Of a stretch of 46,351 nucleotides of DNA, positions 28,063 to 37,759 are shown piece by piece; the first letter of the stretch is position 1; each line of letters starts with the position of its first letter. Source of the DNA: Alphaproteobacteria bacterium (lineage in GTDB: Bacteria > Pseudomonadota > Alphaproteobacteria > DAOWDM01); assembly GCA_030639035.1 (NCBI GenBank), contig DAOWDM010000191.1, positions 1 to 46,351 of the forward strand, in the 5' to 3' direction. Made by a program: the position numbers and the translations under genes. The notes below the pieces were generated by a model. It did not search any database. It had not been told where the DNA came from and saw only the letters and a program-made list of their open reading frames with translations.

Positions 28063-28623
28063 ATGGCTGAACAACAAAAAAAACCTAAAAAGATTACTCC
28101 GAAAAGACTTTATAATATTGCTGTTTATTATCTTCAAAGATATGAAAGTTCGGTCGAAAGCCTAAGGCGTGTTTTAATCAGGCGTATAGATAAATCAGCA
28201 TTAGTGCATGAAATAGATAAAGATGAAGCTGTTGAATGGGCAGAAGACGTCATTAAAAAAATGATGCAGTTTGATTTTGTAAATGATGAGAGATACTCGG
28301 AAAATCAAATAAGAAGCATGTTTCAAAAAGGAACTTCTATTTATAAAATGAAAGCCAAGCTGAAAAGCAAAGGAGTTCCTGACGAAACTATTGAAACAGC
28401 ATTAAGCCTTTTCGTTAGTGTAACAGATAATGTAGATATGAGAGTCGCAGTGAAATATGCAAAACGCCGTCGTTTTGGAGCTTTTCGCCAGTCAAAAGAA
28501 GTAAGAAAAGAAAAAAGAAACAAAGATATGGCCGCTATGAGCAGAGCAGGCTTTGACTTTGGCTCTTCAAAAACAGTAATAGATGCAGAAACCTTGGAAG
28601 AGCTAGAAGAATTTTTAACTTAA
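28063..28623 (+). CDS. recX: RecX-like regulatory protein
   Basis: The layout is three helical repeats. The N-terminal block LYNIAVYYLQRYESSVESLRRVL and the C-terminal YAKRRRFGAFR resemble alphaproteobacterial RecX. The start is ATG 28063, or TTG 28054 as in the track. Confidence 0.55.
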   Translation: MAEQQKKPKKITPKRLYNIAVYYLQRYESSVESLRRVLIRRIDKSALVHEIDKDEAVEWAEDVIKKMMQFDFVNDERYSENQIRSMFQKGTSIYKMKAKLKSKGVPDETIETALSLFVSVTDNVDMRVAVKYAKRRRFGAFRQSKEVRKEKRNKDMAAMSRAGFDFGSSKTVIDAETLEELEEFLT

Positions 28624-29055
28624 AGACTGTTTCTTAAAAAGAAATGGAGGCAACACAGGGATTAGTGGAGCTTTTTCATCAATTGTAAAATCAACAGAAC
28701 AGCTTTCCACTTCAGGTTTCAGCTCGTCTCGCAGAAAAAGAACGACTCCGCTCCAGTATTCCTTTTTAAATGGAGCCCACATCATATAAAGACCGCCACG
28801 TCTTTCGTAATCTGTGATTTCTAGGTTGTCTTTGATTTCTTCAATAGTATCGCCAACATCTTCGGCAGCTCCTATGTAGACCCAGTTTGGCTGAACTCCA
28901 AGATGCCAGATGAGAAAAACACCGCCAACACCATCAAGTCCTGCCTTTTTCGTTCTTACATGCAAGAGTCGCAATGGATTGCCCTTTGCACTCCCTTTCC
29001 ATTTTACAGGAATTGGTTTTGGTGGTTTTTTGCCACTAAAGTCCAGCAATCCCAT
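28615..29055 (-). CDS. hypothetical protein
   Basis: This is a 146-aa ORF convergent with recX, and the 3' ends overlap by 9 nt. I cannot assign a family with confidence. Confidence 0.45.
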   Translation of the reverse strand: MGLLDFSGKKPPKPIPVKWKGSAKGNPLRLLHVRTKKAGLDGVGGVFLIWHLGVQPNWVYIGAAEDVGDTIEEIKDNLEITDYERRGGLYMMWAPFKKEYWSGVVLFLRDELKPEVESCSVDFTIDEKAPLIPVLPPFLFKKQSLS

Positions 29056-29119
29056 ATCAAAGCCCTTTCTTCGCCATCGTGTTATTATCTATATTATAAA
29101 TTAAAGGTATAAAATATTA

Positions 29120-30199
29120 TTAACATATTGTTCCGCCTGCAACTATTCTTTCAAAGTCATCATATAAAACAAGATGTTGTCCTGAAGCAGGAGCAAAAAC
29201 TGGTTCTAAAAATTCAACTAATAAATTTTCCTCATCAGCAGTTTTAATACGGCATAGCTGCGTGTTTCCTGTTGAACGAATTTTGCCATGTAAGACTGTT
29301 TCAGGCTTGTAGGCTTTTGGCTGTAAGATATTTATTTTATAAGCTGAAACATTTGTGCAGTAAGCCTGCGACCTAGAACCCGCTATAATTATATTTTTCT
29401 CAGGAATAATAGAAAGAACAAATAGCGGTTCTGGTGCTGAGATTCCTAAGCCTTTTCTTTGACCAATAGTATAATTCCATATGCCGTTATGCTGACCTAT
29501 TACATTTCCTTCTGTATCTAGAATCGAACCTGATGATTTGTCTGAACATGATAAGGCTTTTCTGTAATCTCCTTCTTCTGCAAAGCACAGCTCCATACTT
29601 TCAGGGCGATTTGACGAGGAAAAATTTTCTTTGCGAGCTATTTCACGAACCTCATCTTTAGATAAGTCTCCAAGCGGAAAATAAAGATTATTTAGATGCT
29701 CTTTGTTGATGCAGTAAAGAAAATAGCTTTGATCTTTTGCATGATTAACAGCTTTTGCAAGATAAGTATTATCGCCCTCATGTATAATGCGGATATAATG
29801 ACCTGTAGCTATATTATCAATACCAAAATGATTTTTAATGTATTCTTTAACAATGCCAAACTTTATAGCTTTGTTGCAGTCAACACATGGGCTTGGAGTC
29901 TTTCCTTCCATGTAGTCTTTTTCAAAAGGGCGGATTACATTGTTTTTAAAAAATTCTGCTACATCAAGAAAATAGTGCGGTATATCCAATGTTTTGCAAA
30001 TAGATACAGGTTCTTGTTCCTCAGATGAAGACATTGGAAGCAGCATTGTAAGCCCTAGAACATTCCAGCCTGCTTTTTTCAGCAGAAAAGCAGCAACACT
30101 GCTGTCAACACCTCCACTCATAAGCATACAAAGGCTTTTTCGTGAATGGTCTGGTTTCCATGGTTTTAATGATGGAGCTTTTAAATACACTTCGTTCAT
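29120..30199 (-). CDS. mnmA: tRNA 2-thiouridine(34) synthase MnmA
   Basis: It has the PP-loop LMSGGVDSSVAA and a conserved Cys context (SPCVDCNKAIKF). The length is about 359 aa. Confidence 0.92.
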   Translation of the reverse strand: MNEVYLKAPSLKPWKPDHSRKSLCMLMSGGVDSSVAAFLLKKAGWNVLGLTMLLPMSSSEEQEPVSICKTLDIPHYFLDVAEFFKNNVIRPFEKDYMEGKTPSPCVDCNKAIKFGIVKEYIKNHFGIDNIATGHYIRIIHEGDNTYLAKAVNHAKDQSYFLYCINKEHLNNLYFPLGDLSKDEVREIARKENFSSSNRPESMELCFAEEGDYRKALSCSDKSSGSILDTEGNVIGQHNGIWNYTIGQRKGLGISAPEPLFVLSIIPEKNIIIAGSRSQAYCTNVSAYKINILQPKAYKPETVLHGKIRSTGNTQLCRIKTADEENLLVEFLEPVFAPASGQHLVLYDDFERIVAGGTIC

Positions 30200-30328
30200 G
30201 ATTTTTCCATATCTTGAATTTTGACATTTATTAGAACATTATTCAGTTTATAAATAAACTTATCCTTTAATGTTAACTTTTTATCTTTATAATTAATTCA
30301 TTAATTTAAAAAACAGTTGAGCGTACAT

Positions 30329-30601
30329 ATGTCTGAAAATAATACAGCAATTGAAGAGAATTTTGGAAACCCTGCAATTTACGATATAGGAATAGAGGTT
30401 TCTGTTGTGCTTGGTACAGCAGAATTAAAGGTACATCAGCTTTTAAAGCTTGGGCGTGGTGCAGTTGTAGAGCTGAACCGTAAAACAGATGAACCTGTTG
30501 AAATGTTTGTCAACGATATTTTAATCGCTCGTGGCGATGTAGTAGTTACAGAAAAAGATAAAATAGGCGTTACTTTGACCGAGATTGTCAAAGGAGTCTA
30601 A
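30329..30601 (+). CDS. fliN: flagellar motor switch protein FliN (SpoA domain)
   Basis: The SpoA/FliN C-terminal domain is VSVVLGTAELKVHQLLKLGRGAVVELNRKTDEPVEMFVNDILIARGDVVV. ATG 30329 is preferred over TTG 30317. No other flagellar gene is in the window. Confidence 0.8.
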   Translation: MSENNTAIEENFGNPAIYDIGIEVSVVLGTAELKVHQLLKLGRGAVVELNRKTDEPVEMFVNDILIARGDVVVTEKDKIGVTLTEIVKGV

Positions 30602-32217
30602 TCAACAATAATAGACGCTCCTCCTCGGCGAGGGTCTCCGACGCCACAGAACTCGCCTGTGTTCATGTTCATAGATACGGAATGAACTCCGCCAAAAAAC
30701 ATAGAATGTTCAGTCCACAATGTATGTTTGGGGAAAGTTTCTGACAGACGATTGATAATTTCTTCATTAAATCCACGTTCAATATCTAAAGAAGCATCAA
30801 AAGAAACGTCTCGTTCTTTATGAACACGTGGAGCATTTACAGCATCATGAAGACTCATATTAAACCACACAACATTAAGCATGACTTGAAGAACGGCACT
30901 GCGGATACGGTTTGCCCCTCCTGTTCCAAGAGCTATGCGAATGCCGTCTTCGCTTGTTACAATAGTTGGGGACATCATAGATGTAAGTCGTGTGTCTGGT
31001 TTCCATTGGAAAAAACCACGAGGGCTTAGGTCTTCTTCTCCAAGCATATTGTTAAGCATCATATCAGTATTTGGAACGATATGACCACAGCCTTCACCAT
31101 TAGAATGAGTCATGGAAGCAGCTGAACCATTAGCATCAATAACGCTTATATGAGTTGTTCCGCCTATTTTTTTTGCTCGCCCATGCATTTGACTGTAATA
31201 TTCGCTCAAAAGTTCTTTTGACAGCAGTTTTGCTACTTGTTCTTCAGAGCAGTCATCAACAAAACCTGTCTCCATACGAGCCCTGTTAGTTAGTTCCATA
31301 ACAGTTGAAAGTTTTTTCATCCAAGATATGTTTTTGATGTTTTTATCTTCTTCAGAAAGGCTTTTTTTCAACAGTTCAAGACTAAAAGAAATCAGAGTTC
31401 CTCCAGATGAAGGAACTGGATTAGTCAAAAATGTTGAGTTTAAAAAGCTTCCTTCCAAAGGTTTTCTGGATATTACTTGATAATCTGCAAGGTCTTCATG
31501 CGTAATAGAGCCACCAAATTCTTTCGAGCATTTAACAATACTGTCTGCAATTTCACCTTTATAAAAAAGGTCTGCTCCTTCACGAGACAAAGCTTCCAGC
31601 ATATCAGCATATTTTGACATACGAAGAATCTCTCCTGCTTGAAGACACTTATCTTGCTTTTCTCTGCTATTGAAGAGCTTTCTTGCTCCATCTGTCCATA
31701 GATAGATAGGTTTTAGTAGGTCAAGAAAATGTGATGTAAGCTCGGCTGTTTGCACGCCTTTTCTTGCGTGCCGTATAGCAGGCTCGAAAATGCGGGACAA
31801 AGGCATAGAACAAAGGTCTTTATGAATAGCGAATATTCCTGCGACTATTCCTGGAACAGCTACAGATCCCATGCCTATATGGAATTCTTGAAATTTTACG
31901 CCAAAGTCAACATTAATTGATTTGAACTCAAGTTCATCTATAGAACGTGGATATTTAGGAGTTTGGCAAAAAAAGTCAAAAAGCTTTGCTTTTCCATCTG
32001 ATGGAGATGCAAGAAGAAAACCTCCGCCACCAGGAGAGCATACAGAAGGTTCAGCAACATACGCAGCTGTAAGTCCAGCAAGAACAGCATCAAAAGCATT
32101 TCCACCGTCTTCTAATATTTCTGCTGCAGCTTCTGTTGTTATTTTATTTCCTGCCGCTACACAGCCCTTGCCTTTTCTTGACATCTTTGTTCCATTCATA
32201 AAAATATTTTTTGTCAT
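30598..32217 (-). CDS. ggt: gamma-glutamyltransferase family protein
   Basis: The autoprocessing and nucleophile context is GGTTHISVIDANGSAASMTHSNGEG. An N-terminal GGNAFDAV block is present. Its stop overlaps the fliN stop by 4 nt (convergent). Confidence 0.88.
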   Translation of the reverse strand: MTKNIFMNGTKMSRKGKGCVAAGNKITTEAAAEILEDGGNAFDAVLAGLTAAYVAEPSVCSPGGGGFLLASPSDGKAKLFDFFCQTPKYPRSIDELEFKSINVDFGVKFQEFHIGMGSVAVPGIVAGIFAIHKDLCSMPLSRIFEPAIRHARKGVQTAELTSHFLDLLKPIYLWTDGARKLFNSREKQDKCLQAGEILRMSKYADMLEALSREGADLFYKGEIADSIVKCSKEFGGSITHEDLADYQVISRKPLEGSFLNSTFLTNPVPSSGGTLISFSLELLKKSLSEEDKNIKNISWMKKLSTVMELTNRARMETGFVDDCSEEQVAKLLSKELLSEYYSQMHGRAKKIGGTTHISVIDANGSAASMTHSNGEGCGHIVPNTDMMLNNMLGEEDLSPRGFFQWKPDTRLTSMMSPTIVTSEDGIRIALGTGGANRIRSAVLQVMLNVVWFNMSLHDAVNAPRVHKERDVSFDASLDIERGFNEEIINRLSETFPKHTLWTEHSMFFGGVHSVSMNMNTGEFCGVGDPRRGGASIIVD

Positions 32218-32278
32218 TGCCTGATATGGCTTAACAAGTGTTTAATGCTATCAATAACAGATTACGAGTTTTCAAGCT

Positions 32279-32932
32279 ATGAGTAATACACAAAAAAAAT
32301 CATATACCATTACATGTTCATCATATTTTAGAGATGCAGTTCTGGAATTAGCAAGCAGACGAAAAGTTAATGCAGGGGATATTGCTCGTTCTGTAATGCT
32401 GCTAGTTCACCCAAAAACAATTGAAAACAGCCATGATTCAGGAGAACCAGAGGCAGGCGACAGAGAAAAAGTTATGCTGAAATCTGGTGCTGCAAAGGGG
32501 CGTTACTGGAAACGCAAGCCACGGCTTCAGTTAAGAATGGCAGCAGGTTTCGATGTTTCATTTATCAGGCGGACTCTGGCTTTGGCGTTGGAAATAGACA
32601 GGGGAGAGCTTATCCTTGAAGTAAAAGATAAAAATGTTCCGCCTCTTGAACTGCCTCCTCCTGAACCTGTAATTTCAGAAGAAGTAATAGAAGAAATCAA
32701 ACGCCTGAAAAGCATTATTTCAGTGTTGTCATTCAAGCATTTAACTGGAGGAGTTAAAAATCGGCGTGATGCTATGTATATAATGGGATTCCCATCAGGA
32801 ACGGTTATAGATAAAAAGACTCTGCGTTCTCGTTATAGAGTGCTTGCAATGATATATCACCCAGACAGCGGATACGGCGGACATCTTCATATGAGTCAGC
32901 TTAATGCTGCCATGGACATACTTCGCCGATAA
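32279..32932 (+). CDS. hypothetical protein with C-terminal J domain
   Basis: The C-terminal block is LRSRYRVLAMIYHPDSGYGG...LNAAMDILR, with the HPD tripeptide. The N-terminal two thirds are unassigned. Confidence 0.55.
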   Translation: MSNTQKKSYTITCSSYFRDAVLELASRRKVNAGDIARSVMLLVHPKTIENSHDSGEPEAGDREKVMLKSGAAKGRYWKRKPRLQLRMAAGFDVSFIRRTLALALEIDRGELILEVKDKNVPPLELPPPEPVISEEVIEEIKRLKSIISVLSFKHLTGGVKNRRDAMYIMGFPSGTVIDKKTLRSRYRVLAMIYHPDSGYGGHLHMSQLNAAMDILRR

Positions 32933-32960
32933 AAAACCGTTCTTTTGCTTGAGTTATGCT

Positions 32961-33521
32961 TTATGACATAGCCGAAACTATATCATTAAATAGGGCATGG
33001 ACTAGAATGTTTAGGAAAACTATGCTAGCGGCTACTGCAGGTGTTGTTTTTAATGCTGTTTTGGTTATAAACCACTCATAAAAAACAAAAAAGAGGCTGA
33101 CAACAACTCCGCATAAAATAATGAAATTGCTGTTTTGTGCCATAAAGCTGATTAGTATAGGAATAATCACTATGTTTTCCAGCAGACGCAGCCAATTATA
33201 AGAAACTACATACCTGAAAAAACATTTTTCAGCATCAATTTTCCGCACTAGATAAATCATAATTACTGGCCACAGAGTCCAGCCGATTATATAGGAAACA
33301 AGATGTAAAATAAGAAAGTTTAAATTATCAAAATCAATGGATTGTTTTTCATAAATAAAACTTATTTGCAGCAAATATATAGGAAAAACAAATACAGCTG
33401 CAAAAAAGGACTTAGCAAAGCCTTTTCTTGAGGTGTCCATATAATCAATACCGTCAGTTTTCAGACGAAGCAATCGAAACAGACCGTAAATAATGCCAGC
33501 AGTTTCCCTGCGTGTTAGCAT
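32961..33521 (-). CDS. hypothetical integral membrane protein
   Basis: It has about 5 hydrophobic helices. Its ATG overlaps the dapE stop (TAATG at 33519-33523 on the minus strand), which suggests co-translation with dapD-dapE. Confidence 0.55.
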   Translation of the reverse strand: MLTRRETAGIIYGLFRLLRLKTDGIDYMDTSRKGFAKSFFAAVFVFPIYLLQISFIYEKQSIDFDNLNFLILHLVSYIIGWTLWPVIMIYLVRKIDAEKCFFRYVVSYNWLRLLENIVIIPILISFMAQNSNFIILCGVVVSLFFVFYEWFITKTALKTTPAVAASIVFLNILVHALFNDIVSAMS

Positions 33522-34684
33522 TATTTTTTCTCCTTAAAATATTTTTCCAGTATTAGCTTATATATTTTTGTTAAATTTTCAATGTCTTTAAGAGGAACGT
33601 TCTCATCAGCTTTGTGCATGGTAAGTGCAACCAGTCCAAACTCCAGAACTTCCTTGCAGTAATTCTTTATAAAACGAGCATCGGAAATGCCTCCTGATGT
33701 ATCGGATTGAGGAGGTTTGCCCATAATTTCATTAACTGCTTCAGATACTATTTTATGAAAAGCACCTACATGAGATAAAAACGCATCACCGCTTGAAATT
33801 AACTCAAGGTCATATTTCCCCTGATTATTATTGGCTTTATTAATTATATTTTTTATCAATTGTTTTAAGGTTTCAGAGGTATGAACATCACAAAAACGAA
33901 TGTTAAATTTTGCACTTGCCTGTGCTGGAATAAGATTTTCTGTAGCATTGCCTACATCAATAGTCGTTATTTCAAGATTGGAAGGCTGAAAATGTTCTGT
34001 TCCATTATCAAGAGTCTTTTTATCAAGAGCAGACAAAATATTTAACAAACGAGGAATAGGATTATCAGCAAGATGAGGTTTTGCTACATGCCCTTGAGTT
34101 CCATATACAGTTAAACTGCCGTTTAAGCTTCCTCGTCTTCCAATTTTTATCTCTTGTCCCATAAAATCGGGATTGCTTGGCTCGCCTACAATACAAACGT
34201 CTAATTTTTCATCTTTTTCATCAAGCCATTCCAAGACTTTTTTTGTGCCGTTTATAGCCACACCTTCTTCGTCTCCAGTTATAAGAAAGCTTATAGAACC
34301 GTCAAAGTTTTTGTGTTCTTTTAGAAAAGCTGATACGGCAGCTGCAAAACAGGCAACGCCGCCTTTCATGTCTTCTGTACCTCTGCCGTATATTTTGCCG
34401 TCTTTTATTTCTCCAGCAAACGGCTCAACCGTCCAGCCATCACCAACAGGAACAACGTCCGTATGCCCTGCAAAGCAAAAATTCGGGGATTTTGTTCCAA
34501 GACGAGCATAAAGATTGCTTACATCAGGAGTTCCTTCATCAGAAAATACCAGCTTATGACAAGTAAAGCCTAAAGAAGAAAGAACATCACCAAGGACGTC
34601 CAAAGCTCCGCAGTCCTTTGGAGTAACACTTGGACACTGAACTAGCTTTTGTAAAAGCTCTATTGTATTTATTTGTTGAGTCAT
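33521..34684 (-). CDS. dapE: succinyl-diaminopimelate desuccinylase
   Basis: It has M20 peptidase blocks: CFAGHTDVVP, GRGTEDMKGG and ITGDEEG. It lies directly downstream of dapD. Confidence 0.9.
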   Translation of the reverse strand: MTQQINTIELLQKLVQCPSVTPKDCGALDVLGDVLSSLGFTCHKLVFSDEGTPDVSNLYARLGTKSPNFCFAGHTDVVPVGDGWTVEPFAGEIKDGKIYGRGTEDMKGGVACFAAAVSAFLKEHKNFDGSISFLITGDEEGVAINGTKKVLEWLDEKDEKLDVCIVGEPSNPDFMGQEIKIGRRGSLNGSLTVYGTQGHVAKPHLADNPIPRLLNILSALDKKTLDNGTEHFQPSNLEITTIDVGNATENLIPAQASAKFNIRFCDVHTSETLKQLIKNIINKANNNQGKYDLELISSGDAFLSHVGAFHKIVSEAVNEIMGKPPQSDTSGGISDARFIKNYCKEVLEFGLVALTMHKADENVPLKDIENLTKIYKLILEKYFKEKK

Positions 34685-34693
34685 TGAGATAGC

Positions 34694-35542
34694 CTATTCA
34701 CGCAAAAGGTCATTGATTGAGACTTTAGAACGTGTTTGCTTGTCAACACGTTTTACAATAACAGCACAATATGTTGAAGGGCTAGGGCTACCGTTTGGTA
34801 AAGGTTTGCCTGCAATGTTTCCAGAAACAACAACAGAATATGGCGGAACTCTTCCTATAAAAACTTCACCTGTATTACGGTCGATTATTTTAGTAGAAGC
34901 TCCGATGCTTGTTCCCATGGAAATGACCGAGCCTTTTTCTATGATAACGCCCTCGACAACTTGTGAGCCTGTGCCGATAAAGCAGTTGTCCTCGATTATT
35001 ACGGGGTCGGCTTGCAGAGGTTCAAGAACTCCGCCTATGCAGACATTGCTGGAAATATGGACATTTTTGCCGATTTGAGCACATGAACCAAGAGTTACCC
35101 ATGAATCAATCATCGTTCCGCTATCGATATAAGCACCAAGATTTACAAAACTCGGCATTATAACTACATTAGGAGCAATAAAAGCAGAATAGCGGACGGT
35201 GCAGTTTGGAACAGCCCTGAAACCTTTGCTTTTAAAGTCCTGTTCAGTCCAGCCAGAGAATTTAGATGGTATTTTATCAAACCAAAAAGATTCTTTTCCA
35301 CCGTCTTTTTGACCTCCACCTATAAGAGCCATGTCATTTAGTCTGAACCACAGCAGAACAGCTTTTTTAGCCCATTGATTGACAGTCCATGAAGAACCTG
35401 ATTTTTCAGCGACTCGCAGTTTTCCACAATCAAGCAAAGACAAAGTCTGTTCAATAGATTCTCGGATTTCACCTTTTGTGCTAGTAGTAATACTCTCACG
35501 GTTTTCCCATGCTTTATCAATTATTTGCTGTAATTCAGTCAT
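34694..35542 (-). CDS. dapD: 2,3,4,5-tetrahydropyridine-2,6-dicarboxylate N-succinyltransferase
   Basis: The C-terminal half carries left-handed beta-helix hexapeptide repeats. The N-terminal block is IDKAWENRE...LLD.G.LRVAEK, as is typical of DapD. Confidence 0.92.
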   Translation of the reverse strand: MTELQQIIDKAWENRESITTSTKGEIRESIEQTLSLLDCGKLRVAEKSGSSWTVNQWAKKAVLLWFRLNDMALIGGGQKDGGKESFWFDKIPSKFSGWTEQDFKSKGFRAVPNCTVRYSAFIAPNVVIMPSFVNLGAYIDSGTMIDSWVTLGSCAQIGKNVHISSNVCIGGVLEPLQADPVIIEDNCFIGTGSQVVEGVIIEKGSVISMGTSIGASTKIIDRNTGEVFIGRVPPYSVVVSGNIAGKPLPNGSPSPSTYCAVIVKRVDKQTRSKVSINDLLRE

Positions 35543-35570
35543 AAAATTTTAATTCCTTATTATTATTTCA

Positions 35571-35653
35571 CCGTCATTCTGAATTTAGTTCAGGATCTCC
35601 TTTTTTGGTGGTAAAAGAAGAAAGTAGATTCTGAAACAAGTTCAGAATGACGG
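35571..35653. repeat. palindromic MITE-like element, type A (reverse orientation)
   Basis: The sequence is CCGTCATTCTGAATTTAGTTCAGGATCTCCTTTTTTGGTGG...GATTCTGAAACAAGTTCAGAATGACGG. It has 13-bp terminal inverted repeats (CCGTCATTCTGAA/TTCAGAATGACGG). It is the reverse complement of the 42173 and 43667 copies, with a few substitutions. Confidence 0.8.
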
Positions 35654-35666
35654 CTTTTTTTCTCTT

Positions 35667-36629
35667 CTAATTAACTGGAGTTAACAGGGGGTTTCCTGCA
35701 AAAAAAGCGTCGAAATTATCGGCTATGAGGAAACCCATTGCATTTCTGGTTTCTGTTGAGGCACTGCCAATATGAGGCAGTAGAAAACAGTTCAAAAGTT
35801 TTCTGTACTCAGGATTTAAATTAGGTTCTCCGTCATAAACATCAAGCCCAGCAGCAGCTAATTTTCCTGATTTTAATGCAGCTATCAAATCATCATCTTT
35901 GACGACTGTTCCACGAGATGTATTTATTACAACAGCCCTGTCAGGCAGCATAGAGATATGTTTTTCATCAAGGAAACCAACCGTTTCAGGTGTAGCAGGA
36001 CAATGCAGAGACAAGAAATCGCTTTTATACAAAAGACTTTCTGCTGTCTCATGCCATACTGCTCCAAGCTCTAATTCAGGAGGCAAACGGTGGCGGTTGT
36101 GATAGTGAATTGTCATGTCAAAAGCTCTTGCTCGTTTTGCAACAGCCTGTCCTATGCTTCCCATGCCAAGAATACCAAGGCGTTTTCCTGTAACTTGAAC
36201 TCCCAATAACTGAGTCGGATTCCAGCCTGTCCATTCTCCGCTTCTAACCATTTTATCGCCTTCAACAGCACGGCGGGCAGCTCCTAGTAAAAGCAACATA
36301 GCTATGTCTGCTGTAGCATTTGTAAGAATTTCAGGGGTGTTTGTAACAGCAATTTTTCTCATTGATGCAGCTTTAATATCAATATGTTCAAAGCCTGCCG
36401 AAAAAGCAGAAATAATATGTACACTTTCAGGCAGTCTTTCAATAAAATCAGCGTCTATTTTATCTCCAATAGAAACAGCTATACCGTCTGCACCTTTGCA
36501 TAATTGTAAAAGTTTTTCTTTATCATACAATTTGATACTTGGGTTGAGTCTTGCATCATAATCACGCATAAAACGTGCTTCTACTATTTCTGGGAGTTGT
36601 TGAGATATAACAATAACAGGTTTTTTCAT
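35667..36629 (-). CDS. D-isomer-specific 2-hydroxyacid dehydrogenase (glyoxylate/hydroxypyruvate reductase-like)
   Basis: The NAD-binding block is GILGMGSIGQAVAKRA. The catalytic-region blocks are NTSRGTVV.DDDLIAAL and PHIGSAS. Confidence 0.88.
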   Translation of the reverse strand: MKKPVIVISQQLPEIVEARFMRDYDARLNPSIKLYDKEKLLQLCKGADGIAVSIGDKIDADFIERLPESVHIISAFSAGFEHIDIKAASMRKIAVTNTPEILTNATADIAMLLLLGAARRAVEGDKMVRSGEWTGWNPTQLLGVQVTGKRLGILGMGSIGQAVAKRARAFDMTIHYHNRHRLPPELELGAVWHETAESLLYKSDFLSLHCPATPETVGFLDEKHISMLPDRAVVINTSRGTVVKDDDLIAALKSGKLAAAGLDVYDGEPNLNPEYRKLLNCFLLPHIGSASTETRNAMGFLIADNFDAFFAGNPLLTPVN

Positions 36630-36644
36630 AATATTTTCTCGATA

Positions 36645-37391
36645 TTAAATAATTTCCTTGAAAATCTTAACCATTTGCCTAAGCCAGCCAGTTAAATCTT
36701 CAATAACATAATGACAATATTTAGGATTAACTGTTTCCAGTGGAGTTTTATCGTCTTTGTGCCTAAGCCATATTGTAACCATTCCCATGCCTGCCGCTAT
36801 TGGAAGATTTTCATAACTATCTTCAAAAAAAGCAGCCTTTTCAGGGTCGATTTTTAAGTGCTCAAGCATAAGTCTGTATGATTCTAAAGAAGGTTTTGAC
36901 ATATAATTACAAGCATGAATATCAAAAATATCATCAAAATGATGCTTGATGCCTAAAGCTTCGGTAGCACGAGCAGCGTGTCTGGAAGTGCCGTTTGTAA
37001 AAATTACCTTACGACATGGAATTTTTCCTAAAACATCGTCCAAAGCTACATTCTTTTTCAAGCTGCTATAATCTATATCGTGGACGTATCTTAAAAAATC
37101 ATCAGGAATTAAGCCGTTTCTTTCCAGCTCCCCAGTTTCAATAAGACCTTTTAGAGTCGTTCCATATTCAAGATAGCATTTTTTTTGTAAGCTCCATGCT
37201 TCTTCACGCTCCATATGACACATTGTCATTATAAAAGCACACATACGCTGTTCAATCTGTGCAAACAAATCAGATTCCGCTGAATATAGAGTCCTATCTA
37301 AATCAAAAATCCAAGTGTTTACATGATGAAGGCTTCGCCTGTTAAGTATTGGCTTATTTTCTTTTGGTAAAATGCTTATTCTTTTTCTCAT
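36645..37391 (-). CDS. HAD-superfamily pyrimidine 5'-nucleotidase-like hydrolase
   Basis: HAD motif I is WIFDLDRTLY. Motif II-like is IFTNG. A late acidic motif (FFEDS) is present. Confidence 0.8.
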   Translation of the reverse strand: MRKRISILPKENKPILNRRSLHHVNTWIFDLDRTLYSAESDLFAQIEQRMCAFIMTMCHMEREEAWSLQKKCYLEYGTTLKGLIETGELERNGLIPDDFLRYVHDIDYSSLKKNVALDDVLGKIPCRKVIFTNGTSRHAARATEALGIKHHFDDIFDIHACNYMSKPSLESYRLMLEHLKIDPEKAAFFEDSYENLPIAAGMGMVTIWLRHKDDKTPLETVNPKYCHYVIEDLTGWLRQMVKIFKEII

Positions 37392-37503
37392 GTTTTTTAT
37401 TTCACAGATAATTTAGTTTTAATTTTAGCTTATAATATAAACTGTTTCTAACTGCTCTGGTCAAGTTTGTTTTTCGTGTTATGAGGCTAAAAATGTAAAA
37501 ACC

Positions 37504-37758
37504 TCATTTATGCCAGAAAATACCTTGATTTCTGTAGCTTTTAAGACGAGAAGAAAGCTTTTTCAAGCGGAGGCTTTGCAATGCTTCTAAGCTGGAAAGT
37601 TTTTCTCGCAAAATAGCTGTTTCATTTCTAGTTTCTTCCGAAAGTTTGCAGAAAAAAGAGCTTAAACCACTGGTGTTGTGTAGCAATGAAGAATTGAAAA
37701 AAGTCCGTTTAGCCCATTTGCTGCAATACACTGTATGTTTTTGATTTTTTTCTATCAT
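37504..37758 (-). CDS. hypothetical small protein downstream of the repressor
   Basis: This is an 84-aa ORF. Its ATG lies 1 nt after the repressor stop. The C-terminal half is helical (LREKLSSLEALQSLRLKKLSSRLK). I recognise no family, and it may not be expressed. Confidence 0.3.
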   Translation of the reverse strand: MIEKNQKHTVYCSKWAKRTFFNSSLLHNTSGLSSFFCKLSEETRNETAILREKLSSLEALQSLRLKKLSSRLKSYRNQGIFWHK

Positions 37759-37759
37759 T

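Noticed and set aside
28615-29055. GIY-YIG nuclease-like spacing (GVFLIW..N8..VYIG) in the 146-aa hypothetical protein.
   Set aside because: The downstream catalytic Arg and Glu positions expected for GIY-YIG are not evident (YIGAAEDVGDTIEE). The resemblance is too weak to call without a profile search.
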